A DNA stretch of 64,000 nucleotides from the human T2T-CHM13v2.0 reference genome, Homo sapiens. Positions 42,501-57,375 of the stretch are shown one piece after another; positions within the stretch are counted from its first letter, which is position 1, and the number at the start of each line of letters is the position of its first letter. The stretch is from NCBI RefSeq assembly GCF_009914755.1, contig NC_060925.1; one strand, 5' to 3'. The notes under the pieces are model-generated. The model saw nothing but the letters and a program-made list of their open reading frames with translations, was not told the DNA's origin and made no database searches. A program made the translations under genes and the position numbers.

Positions 42501-45500
42501 GGAATGGAATAATCCATGGACTCGAATGCTATCATCATCGAATGGAATCGAATGGAATCATCGAATGGACTCGAATGGAATAATCATTGAACGGAATCGA
42601 ATGGAATCATCATCGGATGGAAACGAATGGAATCATCATCGAATGGAAATGAAAGGAGTCATCATCTAATGGAATTGCATGGAATCATCATAAAATGGAA
42701 TCGAATGGAATCAACATCAAATGGAATCAAATGGAATCATTGAACGGAATTGAATGGAATCGTCATCGAATGAATTGAATGCAATCATCGAATGGTCTCG
42801 AATGGAATCATCTTCAAATGGAATGGAATGGAATCATCGCATAGAATCGAATGGAATTATCATCGAATGGAATCGAATGGAATCAACATCAAACGGAAAA
42901 AAACGGAATTATCGAATGGAATCGAAGAGAATCATCGAATGGACCCGAATGGAATCATCTAATGGAATGGAATGGAATAATCCATGGACTCGAATGCAAT
43001 CATCATCGAATGGAATCGAATGGAATCATCGAATGGACTCGAATGGAATAATCATTGAACGGAATCGAATGGAATCATCATCGGATGGAAATGAAAGGAG
43101 TCATCATCTAATGGAATTGCATGGAATCATCATAAAATGGAATCGAATGGAATCAACATCAAATGGAATCAAATGGAATCATTGAACGGAATTGAATGGA
43201 ATCGTCATCGAATGAATTGAAAGCAATCATCGAATGGTCTCGAATGGAATCATCTTCAAATGGAATGGAATGGAATCATCGCATAGAATCGAATGGAATT
43301 ATCATCGAATGGAATCGAATGGAATCAACATCAAACGGAAAAAAACGGAATTATCGAATGGAATCGAAGAGAATCATCGAATGGACCCGAATGGAATCAT
43401 CTAATGGAATGGAATGGAATAATCCATGGACTCGAATGCAATCATCATCGAATGGAATCGAATGGAATCATCCAATGGACTCGAATGGAATAATCATTGA
43501 ACGGAATCGAATGGAATCATCATCGGATGGAAATGAATGGAATCATCATCGAATGGAATCGAATAGAATTATGGAATGAAATCCAGTGTGATCATCATCG
43601 AATGGACCCGAATGGAATCATCATCCAACGGAAGCTAATGGAATCAACATCGAATGAATCAAATGGAAACACCATCGAATTGAAACGAATGGAATTACCA
43701 TCAAATTGAAATGGATGGACTCATCATCGAATGGATTCGAATGGAATCATTGAATAAAATTGATTGAAATCATCATCGAATGGAATCGAATGGTATCATT
43801 GAATGGAATCGAATGGAATCATCATCAGATGGAAATGAATGGAATCGTCATAGAATGGAATCGAATGGATTAATTGAATGGAATCAGATGGAATCATCGA
43901 ATGGACTGGAATGGAATCATTGAATGGACTCGAAAGGGATCATTATTGAATGGAATTGAATGGAATCATCGAATGGTCTCGATTGGAATCATTATCAAAT
44001 GGAATCGAATGGAATCACCGAATAGAATCGAATGGAACAATCATCGAATGGACACAAATGGAATTATCCTCAAATGGAATCGAATGGAATTATCGAATGC
44101 AATCGAATGGAATTATCGAATGCAATCGAATAGAATCATCGAATGGACTCGAATGGAATCATCGAATGGAATGGAATGGAACAGTCAATGAACTCGAATG
44201 GAATCATCATTGAATGGAATCGAATGGAATCATCGAGTGGAATCGAGTGTAATCATCATCAAATGGAATCAAAAATAACCATCATCAAATGGAATCAAAA
44301 ATAACCATCATCAATTGGTAGTGAATGGAATTCTCATCAAATGGAATTCAAAGGAATCATCATCAAATGGAACCGAATGGAATCCTCATTGAATGGAAAT
44401 GAAAGGGGTTATCATCTAATGGAATCGCATGGAATCATCATAAAATGGAATCGAATGGAATCAACATCAAATGGAATCAAATGGAATCATTGAACGGAAT
44501 TGAATGGAATCGTCATCGAATGAATTGAATGCAATCATCGAATGGTCTCGAATGGAATCATCTTCAAATGGAATGGAATGGAATCAGCACATAGAATCGA
44601 ATGGAATTATCATCGAATGGAATCGAATGGAATCAACATCAAACGGAAAAAAACGGAATTATCGAATGCAATCGAAGAGAATCATCGAATGGACCCGAAT
44701 GGAATCATCTAATGGAATGGAATGGAATAATCCATGGACTCGAATGCAATCATCATCGAATGGAATCGAATGGAATCATCGAATGGACTCGAATGGAATA
44801 ATCATTGAACGGAATCGAATGGAATCAGCATCGGATGGAAACGAATGGAATCATCATCGAATGGAATCAAATAGAATTATGGAATGAAATCCAGTGTGAT
44901 CATCATCGAATGGACCCGAATGGAATCATCATCCAACGGAAGCTAATGGAATCAACATCGAATGAATCAAATGGAAACACCATCGAATTGAAACGAATGG
45001 AATTACCATGAAATTGAAATGGATGGACTCATCATCGAATGGATTCGAATGGATTCATCAAATAAAATTGATTGAAATCATCATCGAATGGAATCGAATG
45101 GTATCATTGAATGGAATCGAATGGAATCATCATCAGATGGAAATGAATGGAATCGTCATAGAATGGAATCGAATGGATTCATTGAATGGAATCAGATGGA
45201 ATCATTGAATGGACTGGAATGGAATCATTGAATGGACTCGAAAGGGATCATTATTGAATGGAATTGAATGGAATCATCGAATGGTCTCGATTGGAATCAT
45301 TATCAAATGGAATCGAATGGAATCACCGAATAGAATCGAATGGAACAATCATCGAATGGACTCAAATGGAATTATCCTCCAATGGAATCGAATGGAATTA
45401 TCGAATGCAATCGAATGGAATTATCGAATGCAATCGAATAGAATCATCGAATGGACTCGAATGGAATCATCGAATGGAATGGAATGGAACAGTCAATGAA

Positions 45501-48500
45501 CTCGAATGGAATCATCATTGAATGGAATCGAATGGAATCATCGAGTGGAATCGAAAGGAATTATGACCAAATGGAATCGAATGTAATCATCATCAAATGG
45601 AATCAAAAATAACCATCATCAATTGGTATTGAATGGAATTGTCATCAAATGGAATTCAAAGGAATCATCATCAAATGGAACCGAATGGAATCCTCATTGA
45701 ATGGAAATGAAAGGGGTCATCATCTAATGGAATCGCATGGAATCATCATCAAATGGAATCGAATGGAATCATCATCAAATGGAATCAAATGGAATCATTG
45801 AACAGAATTGAATGGAATGGTCATCGAATGAGTTGAATGCAATCATCGAATGGTCTCGAATGGAATCATCTTCTAATGGAAAGGAATGGAATCATCGCAT
45901 AGAATCGAATGGAATTATCATCGAATGGAATCGAATGGTATCAACACCAAACGGAAAAAAACGGAATTATCGAATGGAATCGAAGAGAATCTTCGAACGG
46001 ACCCGAATGGAATCATCTAATGGAATGGAATGGAATAATCCATGGACTCGAATGCAATCATCATCGAATGGAATCGAATGGAATCATCGAATGGACTCGA
46101 ATGGAATAATCATTGAACGGAATCGAATGGAATCATCATCGGATGGAAACGAATGGAATCATCATCGAATGGAAATGAAAGGAGTCATCATCTAATGGAA
46201 TTGCATGGAATCATCATAAAATGGAATCGAATGGAATCAACATCAAATGGAATCAAATGGAATCATTGAACGGAATTGAATGGAATCGTCATCGAATGAA
46301 TTGAATGCAATCATCGAATGGTCTCGAATGGAATCATCTTCAAATGGAATGGAATGGAATCATCGCATAGAATCGAATGGAATTATCATCGAATGGAATC
46401 GAATGGAATCAACATCAAACGGAAAAAAACGGAATTATCGAATGGAATCGAAGAGAATCATCGAATGGACCCGAATGGAATCATCTAATGGAATGGAATG
46501 GAATAATCCATGGACTCGAATGCAATCATCATCGAATGGAATCGAATGGAATCATCGAATGGACTCGAATGGAATAATCATTGAACGGAATCGAATGGAA
46601 TCATCATCGGATGGAAACGAATGGAATCATCATCGAATGGAAATGAAAGGATTCATCATCTAATGGAATTGCATGGAATCATCATAAAATGGAATCGAAT
46701 GGAATCATCATCAAATGGAATCAAATGGAATCATTGAACGGAATTGAATGGAATCGTCATCGAATGAATTGAATGCAATCATCGAATGGTCTCGAATGGA
46801 ATCATCTTCAAATGGAATGGAATGGAATCATCGCATAGAATCGAATGGAATTATCATCGAATGGAATCGAATGGTATCAACATCAAACGGAAAAAAACGG
46901 AATTATCGAATGGAATCAAAGAGAATCTTCGAACGGACCCGAATGGAATCATCTAATGGAATGGAATGGAATAATCCATGGACTCGAATGCAATCATCAT
47001 CGAATGGAATCGAATGGAATCATTGAAAGGACTCGTATGGAATAATCATTGAACGGAATCGAATGGAATCATCATCGGATGGAAATGAATGGAATCATCA
47101 TCGAATGGAATCGAATAGAATTATGGAATGAAATCCAGTGTGATCATCATCGAATGGACCCGAATGGAATCATCATCCAACGGAAGCTAATGGAATCAAC
47201 ATCCAATGAATCGAATGGAAACACCATCGAATTGAAACGAATGGAATTATCATGAAATTGAAATGGATGGACTCATCATCGAATGGATTCGAATGGAATC
47301 ATCGAATAAAATTGATTGAAATCATCATCGAATGGAATCGAATGGTATCATTGAATGGAATCGAATGGAATCATCATCAGATGGAAATGAATGGAATCTT
47401 CATAGAATGGAATCGAATGGATTCATTGAATGGAATCAGATGGAATCATCGAATGGACTGGAATGGAATCATTGAATGGACTCGAAAGGGATCATTATTG
47501 AATGGAATTGAATGGAATCATCGAATGGTCTCGATTGGAATCATTATCAAATGGAATCGAATGGAATCACCGAATAGAATCGAATGGAACAATCATCGAA
47601 TGGACTCAAATGGAATTATCCTCCAATGGAATCGAATGGAATTATCGAATGCAATCGAATGGAGTTATCGAATGCAATCGAATAGAATCATCGAATGGAC
47701 TCGAATGGAATCATCGAATGGAATGGAATGGAACAGTCAATAAACTCGAATGGAATCATCATTGAATGGAATCGAATGGAATCATCGAGTGGAATCGAAT
47801 GGAATTATGATCAAATGGAATCGAATGTAATCATCATCAAATGGAATCAAAAATAACCATCATCAATTGGTATTGAATGGAATTGTCATCAAATGGAATT
47901 CAAAGGAATCATCATCAAATGGAACCGAATGGAATACTCATTGAATGGTAATGAAAGGGGTCATCATCTAATGGAATCGCATGGAATCATCATCAAATGG
48001 AATCGAATGGAATCATCATCAAATGGAATCGAATGGAATCATTGAAAGAATTGAATGGAATCATCATCGAATGAATTGAATGCAATCATCGAATGGTCTC
48101 GAATGGAATCATCTTCTAATGGAAAGGAATGGAATCATCGCATAGAATCGAATGGAATTATCATCGAATGGAATCGAATGGTATCAACACCAAACGGAAA
48201 AAAACGGAATTATCGAATGGAATCGAAGAGAATCTTCGAACGGACCCGAATGGAATCATCTAATGGAATGGAATGGAATAATCCATGGAGTCGAATGCAA
48301 TCATCATCGAATGGAATCGAATGGAATCATCGAATGGACTCGAATGGAATAATCATTGAACGGAATCGAATGGAATCATCATCGGATGGAAACGAATGGA
48401 ATCATCATCGAATGGAAATGAAAGGAGTCATCATCTAATGGAATTGCATGGAATCATCATCAAATGGAATCGAATGGAATCAACATCAAATGGAATCAAA

Positions 48501-51500
48501 TGGAATCATTGAACGGAATTGAATGGAATCGTCATCGAATGAATTGAATGCAATCATCGAATGGTCTCGAATGGAATCATCTTCAAATGGAATGGAATGG
48601 AATCATCGCATAGAATCGAATGGAATTATCATCGAATGGAATCGAATGGAATCAACATCAAACGGAAAAAAACGTAATTATCGAATGGAATCGAAGAGAA
48701 TCATCGAATGGACCCGAATGGAATCATCTAATGGAATGGAATGGAATAATCCATGGACTCGAATGCAATCATCATCGAATGGAATCGAATGGAATCATCG
48801 AATGGACTCGAATGGAATAATCATTGAACGGAATCGAATGGAATCATCATCGGATGGAAATGAATGGAATCATCATCGAATGGAATCGAATAGAATTATG
48901 GAATGAAATCCAGTGTGATCATCATCGAATGGACACGAATGGAATCATCATCCAACGGAAGCTAATGGAATCAACATCGAATGAATCAAATGGAAACACC
49001 ATCGAATTGAAACGAATGGAATTACCATGAAATTGAAATGGATGGACTCATCATCAAATGGATTCGAGTGGAATCATCGAATAAAATTGATTGAAATCAT
49101 CATCGAATGGAATCGAATGGTATCATTGAATGGAATCGAATGGAATCATCATCAGATGGAAATGAAAGGAATCGTCATAGAATGGAATCGAATGGATTCA
49201 TTGAATGGAATCAGATGGAATCATTGAATGGACTGGAATGGAATCATTGAATGGACTCGAAAGGGATCATGATTGAATGGAATTGAATGGAATCATCGAA
49301 TGGTCTCGATTGGAATCATTATCAAATGGAATCGAATGGAATCACCGAATAGAATCGAATGGAACAATCATCTAATGGACTCAAATGGAATTATCCTCAA
49401 ATGGAATCGAATGGAATTATCGAATGCAATCGAATGGAATTATCGAATGCAATCGAAGAGAATCATCGAATGGACTCGAATGGAATCATCGAATGGAATG
49501 GAATGGAACAGTCAATGAACTCGAATGGAATCATCATTGAATGGAATCGAATGGAATCATCGAGTGGAATCGAATGGAATTATGATCAAATGGAATCGAA
49601 TGTAATCATCATCAAATGGAATCAAAAATAACCATCATCAATTGGTATTGAATGGAATTCTCATCAAATGGAATTCAAAGGAATCATCATCAAATGGAAC
49701 CGAATGGAATCCTCATTGAATGGAAATGAAAGGGGTCATCATCTAATGGAATCGCATGGAATCATCATCAAATGGAATCGAATGGAATCAACATCAAATG
49801 GAATCTAATGGAATCATTGAACGGAATTGAATGGAATCGTCATTGAATGAATTGAATGCAATCATCGAATGGTCTCGAATGGAATCATCTTCAAATGGAA
49901 TGGAATGGAATCATCGCATAGAATCGAATGGAATTATCATCGAATGGAATCGAATGGAATCAACATCAAACGGAAAAAAACGGAATTATCGAATGGAATC
50001 GAAGAGAATCTTCGAACGGACCCGAATGGAATCATCTAATGGAATGGAATGGAATAATCCATGGACTCGAATGCTATCATCATCGAATGGAATCGAATGG
50101 AATCATCGAATGGACTCGAATGGAATAATCATTGAACGGAATCGAATGGAATCATCATCAGATGGAAACGAATGGAATCATCATCGAATGGAAATGAAAG
50201 GAGTCATCATCTAATGGAATTGCATGGAATCATCATAAAATGGAATCGAATGGAATCAACATCAAATGGAATCAAATGGAATCATTGAACGGAATTGAAT
50301 GGAATCGTCATCGAATGAATTGAATGCAATCATCGAATGGTCTCGAATGGAATCATCTTCAAATGGAATGGAATGGAATCATCGCATAGAATCGAATGGA
50401 ATTATCATCGAATGGAATCGAATGGAATCAACATCAAACGGAAAAAAACGGAATTATCGAATGGAATCGAAGAGAATCATCGAATGGACCCGAATGGAAT
50501 CATCTAATGGAATGGAATGGAATAATCCATGGACTCGAATGCAATCATCATCGAATGGAATCGAATGGAATCATCGAATGGACTCGAATGGAATAATCAT
50601 TGAACGGAATCGAATGGAATCATCATCGGATGGAAATGAAAGGAGTCATCATCTAATGGAATTGCATGGAATCATCATAAAATGGAATCGAATGGAATCA
50701 ACATCAAATGGAATCAAATGGAATCATTGAACGGAATTGAATGGAATCGTCATCGAATGAATTGAAAGCAATCATCGAATGGTCTCGAATGGAATCATCT
50801 TCAAATAGAATGGAATGGAATCATCGCATAGAATCGAATGGAATTATCATCGAATGGAATCGAATGGAATCAACATCAAACGGAAAAAAACGGAATTATC
50901 GAATGGAATCGAAGAGAATCATCGAATGGACCCGAATGGAATCATCTAATGGAATGGAATGGAATAATCCATGGACTCGAATGCAATCATCATCGAATGG
51001 AATCGAATGGAATCATCGAATGGACTCGAATGGAATAATCATTGAACGGAATCGAATGGAATCATCATCGGATGGAAATGAATGGAATCATCATCGAATG
51101 GAATCGAATAGAATTATGGAATGAAATCCAGTGTGATCATCATCGAATGGACCCGAATGGAATCATCATCCAACGGAAGCTAATGGAATCAACATCGAAT
51201 GAATCAAATGGAAACACCATCGAATTGAAACGAATGGAATTACCATGAAATTGAAATGGATGGACTCATCATCGAATGGATTCGAATGGAATCATCGAAT
51301 AAAATTGATTGAAATCATCATCGAATGGAATCGAATGGTATCATTGAATGGAATCGAATGGAATCATCATCAGATGGAAATGAATGGAATCGTCATAGAA
51401 TGGAATCGAATGGATTAATTGAATGGAATCAGATGGAATCATCGAATGGACTGGAATGGAATCATTGAATGGACTCGAAAGGGATCATTATTGAATGGAA

Positions 51501-54500
51501 TTGAATGGAATCATCGAATGGTCTCGATTGGAATTATTATCAAATGGAATCGAATGGAATCACCGAATAGAATCGAATGGAACAATCATCGAATGGACAC
51601 AAATGGAATTATCCTCAAATGGAATCGAATGGAATTATCGAATGCAATCGAATGGAATTATCGAATGCAATCGAATAGAATCATCGAATGGACTCGAATG
51701 GAATCATCGAATGGAATGGAATGGAACAGTCAATGAACTCGAATGGAATCATCATTGAATGGAATCGAATGGAATCATCGAGTGGAATCGAATGTAATCA
51801 TCATCAAATGGAATCAAAAATAACCATCATCAAATGGAATCAAAAATAACCATCATCAATTGGTATTGAATGGAATTCTCATCAAATGGAATTCAAAGGA
51901 ATCATCATCAAATGGAACCGAATGGAATCCTCATTGAATGGAAATGAAAGGGGTTATCATCTAATGGAATCGCATGGAATCATCATAAAATGGAATCGAA
52001 TGGAATCAACATCAAATGGAATCAAATGGAATCATTGAACGGAATTGAATGGAATCGTCATCGAATGAATTGAATGCAATCATCGAATGGTCTCGAATGG
52101 AATCATCTTCAAATGGAATGGAATGGAATCATCACATAGAATCGAATGGAATTATCATCGAATGGAATCGAATGGAATCAACATCAAACGGAAAAAAACG
52201 GAATTATCGAATGCAATCGAAGAGAATCATCGAATGGACCCGAATGGAATCATCTAATGGAATGGAATGGAATAATCCATGGACTCGAATGCAATCATCA
52301 TCGAATGGAATCGAATGGAATCATCGAATGGACTCGAATGGAATAATCATTGAACGGAATCGAATGGAATCATCATCGGATGGAAACGAATGGAATCATC
52401 ATCGAATGGAATCAAATAGAATTATGGAATGAAATCCAGTGTGATCATCATCGAATGGACCCGAATGGAATCATCATCCAACGGAAGCTAATGGAATCAA
52501 CATCGAATGAATCAAATGGAAACACCATCGAATTGAAACGAATGGAATTACCATGAAATTGAAATGGATGGACTCATCATCAAATGGATTCGAATGGATT
52601 CATCAAATAAAATTGATTGAAATCATCATCGAATGGAATCGAATGGTATCATTGAATGGAATCGAATGGAATCATCATCAGATGGAAATGAATGGAATCG
52701 TTATAGAATGGAATCGAATGGATTCATTGAATGGAATCAGATGGAATCATTGAATGGACTGGAATGGAATCATTGAATGGACTCGAAAGGGATCATTATT
52801 GAATGGAATTGAATGGAATCATCGAATGGTCTCGATTGGAATCATTATCAAATGGAATCGAATGGAATCACCGAATAGAATCGAATGGAACAATCATCGA
52901 ATGGACTCAAATGGAATTATCCTCCAATGGAATCGAATGGAATTATCGAATGCAATCGAATGGAATTATCGAATGCAATCGAATAGAATCATCGAATGGA
53001 CTCCAATGGAATCATCGAATGGAATGGAATGGAACAGTCAATGAACTCGAATGGAATCATCATTGAATGGAATCGAATGGAATCATCGAGTGGAATCGAA
53101 AGGAATTATGACCAAATGGAATCGAATGTAATCATCATCAAATGGAATCAAAAATAACCATCATCAATTGGTATTGAATGGAATTGTCATCAAATGGAAT
53201 TCAAAGGAATCATCATCAAATGGAACCGAATGGAATCCTCATTGAATGGAAATGAAAGGGGTCATCATCTAATGGAATCGCATGGAATCATCATCAAATG
53301 GAATCGAATGGAATCATCATCAAATGGAATCAAATGGAATCATTGAACAGAATTGAATGGAACGGTCATCGAATGAGTTGAATGCAATCATCGAATGGTC
53401 TCGAATGGAATCATCTTCTAATGGAAAGGAATGGAATCATCGCATAGAATCGAATGGAATTATCATCGAATGGAATCGAATGGTATCAACACCAAACGGA
53501 AAAAAACGGAATTATCGAATGGAATCGAAGAGAATCTTCGAACGGACCCGAATGGAATCATCTAATGGAATGGAATGGAATAATCCATGGACTCGAATGC
53601 AATCATCATCGAATGGAATCGAATGGAATCATCGAATGGACTCGAATGGAATAATCATTGAACGGAATCGAATGGAATCATCATCGGATGGAAACGAATG
53701 GAATCATCATCGAATGGAAATGAAAGGAGTCATCATCTAATGGAATTGCATGGAATCATTATAAAATGGAATCGAATGGAATCAACATCAAATGGAATCA
53801 AATGGAATCATTGAACGGAATTGAATGGAATCGTCATCGAATGAATTGAATGCAATCATCGAATGGTCTCGAATGGAATCATCTTCAAATGGAATGGAAT
53901 GGAATCATCGCATAGAATCGAATGGAATTATCATCGAATGGAATCGAATGGAATCAACATCAAACGGAAAAAAACGGAATTATCGAATGGAATCGAAGAT
54001 AATCATCGAATGGACCCGAATGGAATCATCTAATGGAATGGAATGGAATAATCCATGGACTCGAATGCAATCATCATCGAATGGAATCGAATGGAATCAT
54101 CGAATGGACTCGAATGGAATAATCATTGAACGGAATCGAATGGAATCATCATCGGATGGAAACGAATGGAATCATCATCGAATGGAAATGAAAGGAGTCA
54201 TCATCTAATGGAATTGCATGGAATCATCATAAAATGGAATCGAATGGAATCATCATCAAATGGAATCAAATGGAATCATTGAACGGAATTGAATGGAATC
54301 GTCATCGAATGAATTGAATGCAATCATCGAATGGTCTCGAATGGAATCATCTTCACATGGAATGGAATGGAATCATCGCATAGAATCGAATGGAATTATC
54401 ATCGAATGGAATCGAATGGTATCAACATCAAACGGAAAAAAACGGAATTATCGAATGGAATCAAAGAGAATCTTCGAACGGACCCGAATGGAATCATCTA

Positions 54501-57375
54501 ATGGAATGGAATGGAATAATCCATGGACTCGAATGCAATCATCATCGAATGGAATCGAATGGAATCATTGAAAGGACTCGTATGGAATAATCATTGAACG
54601 GAATCGAATGGAATCATCATCGGATGGAAATGAATGGAATCATCATCGAATGGAATCGAATAGAATTATGGAATGAAATCCAGTGTGATCATCATCGAAT
54701 GGACCCGAATGGAATCATCATCCAACGGAAGCTAATGGAATCAACATCCAATGAATCGAATGGAAACACCATCGAATTGAAACGAATGGAATTATCATGA
54801 AATTGAAATGGATGGACTCATCATCGAATGGATTCGAATGGAATCATCGAATAAAATTGATTGAAATCATCATCGAATGGAATCGAATGGTATCATTGAA
54901 TGGAATCGAATGGAATCATCATCAGATGGAAATGAATGGAATCGTCATAGAATGGAATCGAATGGATTCATTGAATGGAATCAGATGGAATCATCGAATG
55001 GACTGGAATGGAATCATTGAATGGACTCGAAAGGGATCATTATTGAATGGAATTGAATGGAATCATCGAATGGTCTCGATTGGAATCATTATCAAATGGA
55101 ATCGAATGGAATCACCGAATAGAATCGAATGGAACAATCATCGAATGGACTCAAATGGAATTATCCTCAAATAGAATCGAATGGAATTATCGAATGCAAT
55201 CGAATGGAATTATCGAATGCAATCGAATAGAATCATCGAATGGACTCGAATGGAATCATCGAATGGAATGGAATGGAACAGTCAATAAACTCGAATGGAA
55301 TCATCATTGAATGGAATCGAATGGAATCATCGAGTGGAATCGAATGGAATTATGATCAAATGGAATCGAATGTAATCATCATCAAATGGAATCAAAAATA
55401 ACCATCATCAATTGGTATTGAATGGAATTGTCATCAAATGGAATTCAAAGGAATCATCATCAAATGGAACCGAATGGAATCCTCATTGAATGGAAATGAA
55501 AGGGGTCATCATCTAATGGAATCGCATGGAATCATCATCAAATGGAATCGAATGGAATCATCATCAAATGGAATCGAATGGAATCATTGAAAGAATTGAA
55601 TGGAATCATCATCGAATGAATTGAATGCAATCATCGAATGGTCTCGAATGGAATCATCTTCTAATGGAAAGGAATGGAATCATCGCATAGAATCGAATGG
55701 AATTATCATCGAATGGAATCGAATGGTATCAACACCAAACGGAAAAAAACGGAATTATCGAATGGAATCGAAGAGAATCTTCGAACGGACCCGAATGGAA
55801 TCATCTAATGGAATGGAATGGAATAATCCATGGAGTCGAATGCAATCATCATCGAATGGAATCGAATGGAATCATCGAATGGACTCGAATGGAATAATCA
55901 TTGAACGGAATCGAATGGAATCATCATCGGATGGAAACGAATGGAATCATCATCGAATGGAAATGAAAGGAGTCATCATCTAATGGAATTGCATGGAATC
56001 ATCATCAAATGGAATCGAATGGAATCAACATCAAATGGAATCAAATGGAATCATTGAACGGAATTGAATGGAATCGTCATCGAATGAATTGAATGCAATC
56101 ATCGAATGGTCTCGAATGGAATCATCTTCAAATGGAATGGAATGGAATCATCGCATAGAATCGAATGGAATTATCATCGAATGGAATCGAATGGAATCAA
56201 CATCAAACGGAAAAAAACGGAATTATCGAATGGAATCGAAGAGAATCATCGAATGGACCCGAATGGAATCATCTAATGGAATGGAATGGAATAATCCATG
56301 GACTCGAATGCAATCATCATCGAATGGAATCGAATGGAATCATCGAATGGACTCGAATGGAATAATCATTGAACGGAATCGAATGGAATCATCATCGGAT
56401 GGAAATGAATGGAATCATCATCGAATGGAATCGAATAGAATTATGGAATGAAATCCAGTGTGATCATCATCGAATGGACCCGAATGGAATCATCATCCAA
56501 CGGAAGCTAATGGAATCAACATCGAATGAATCAAATGGAAACACCATCGAATTGAAACGAATGGAATTACCATGAAATTGAAATGGATGGACTCATCCTC
56601 AAATGGATTCGAGTGGAATCATCAAATAAAATTGATTGAAATCATCATCGAATGGAATCGAATGGTATCATTGAATGGAATCGATTGGAATCATCATCAG
56701 ATGGAAATGAAAGGAATCGTCATAGAATGGAATCGAATAGATTCATTGAATGGAATCAGATGGAATCATTGAATGGACTGGAATGGAATCATTGAATGGA
56801 CTCGAAAGGGATCATTATTGAATGGAATTGAATGGAATCATCGAATGGTCTCGATTGGAATCATTATCAAATGGAATCGAATGGAATCACCAAATAGAAT
56901 CGAATGGAACAATCATCGAATGGACTCAAATGGAATTATCCTCAAATGGAATTGAATGGAATTATCGAATGCAATCGAATGGAATTATCGAATGCAATCG
57001 AATAGAATCATCGAATGGACTCGAATGGAATCATCGAATGGAATGGAATGGAACAGTCAATGAACTCGAATGGAATCATCATTGAATGGAATCGAATGGA
57101 ATCATCGAGTGGAATCGAATGTAATCATCATCAAATGGAATCAAAAATAACCATCATCAAATGGAATCAAAAATAACCATCATCAATTGGTATTGAATGG
57201 AATTCTCATCAAATGGAATTCAAAGGAATCATCATCAAATGGAACCGAATGGAATCCTCATTGAATGGAAATGAAAGGGGTCATCATCTAATGGAATCGC
57301 ATGGAATCATCATCAAATGGAATCGAATGGAATCAACATCAAATGGAATCAAATGGAATCATTGAACGGAATTGA
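36539..57375 (+). repeat. Mixed zone with 1-4 modules per monomer (2663, 1308, 1776, 2218, 1308, 2243, 1776, 2218, 1308, 2243, 1776)
   Basis: Monomer starts: 36539, 39202, 40510, 42286, 44504, 45812, 48055, 49831, 52049, 53357, 55600. Lengths decompose as 2218=1308+468+442, 2243=1308+468+468-1 and 2663=1308+468+468+442-23. Confidence 0.92.
41900..56800 (+). repeat. Tandem duplication, period 7545 bp (2218+1308+2243+1776), two copies
   Basis: Shared rare variants at +7545: AATGCTATC, the 442-bp module, GAAAGCAATC, GGATTAATT, GGACACAAA, TATGACCAA, GAGTTGAAT, GACTCGTATGG, CAATAAACTC, the 1-bp deletion TTGAAAGAATT (~48045/55590) and CATGGAGTC. Boundaries are approximate. Confidence 0.9.
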
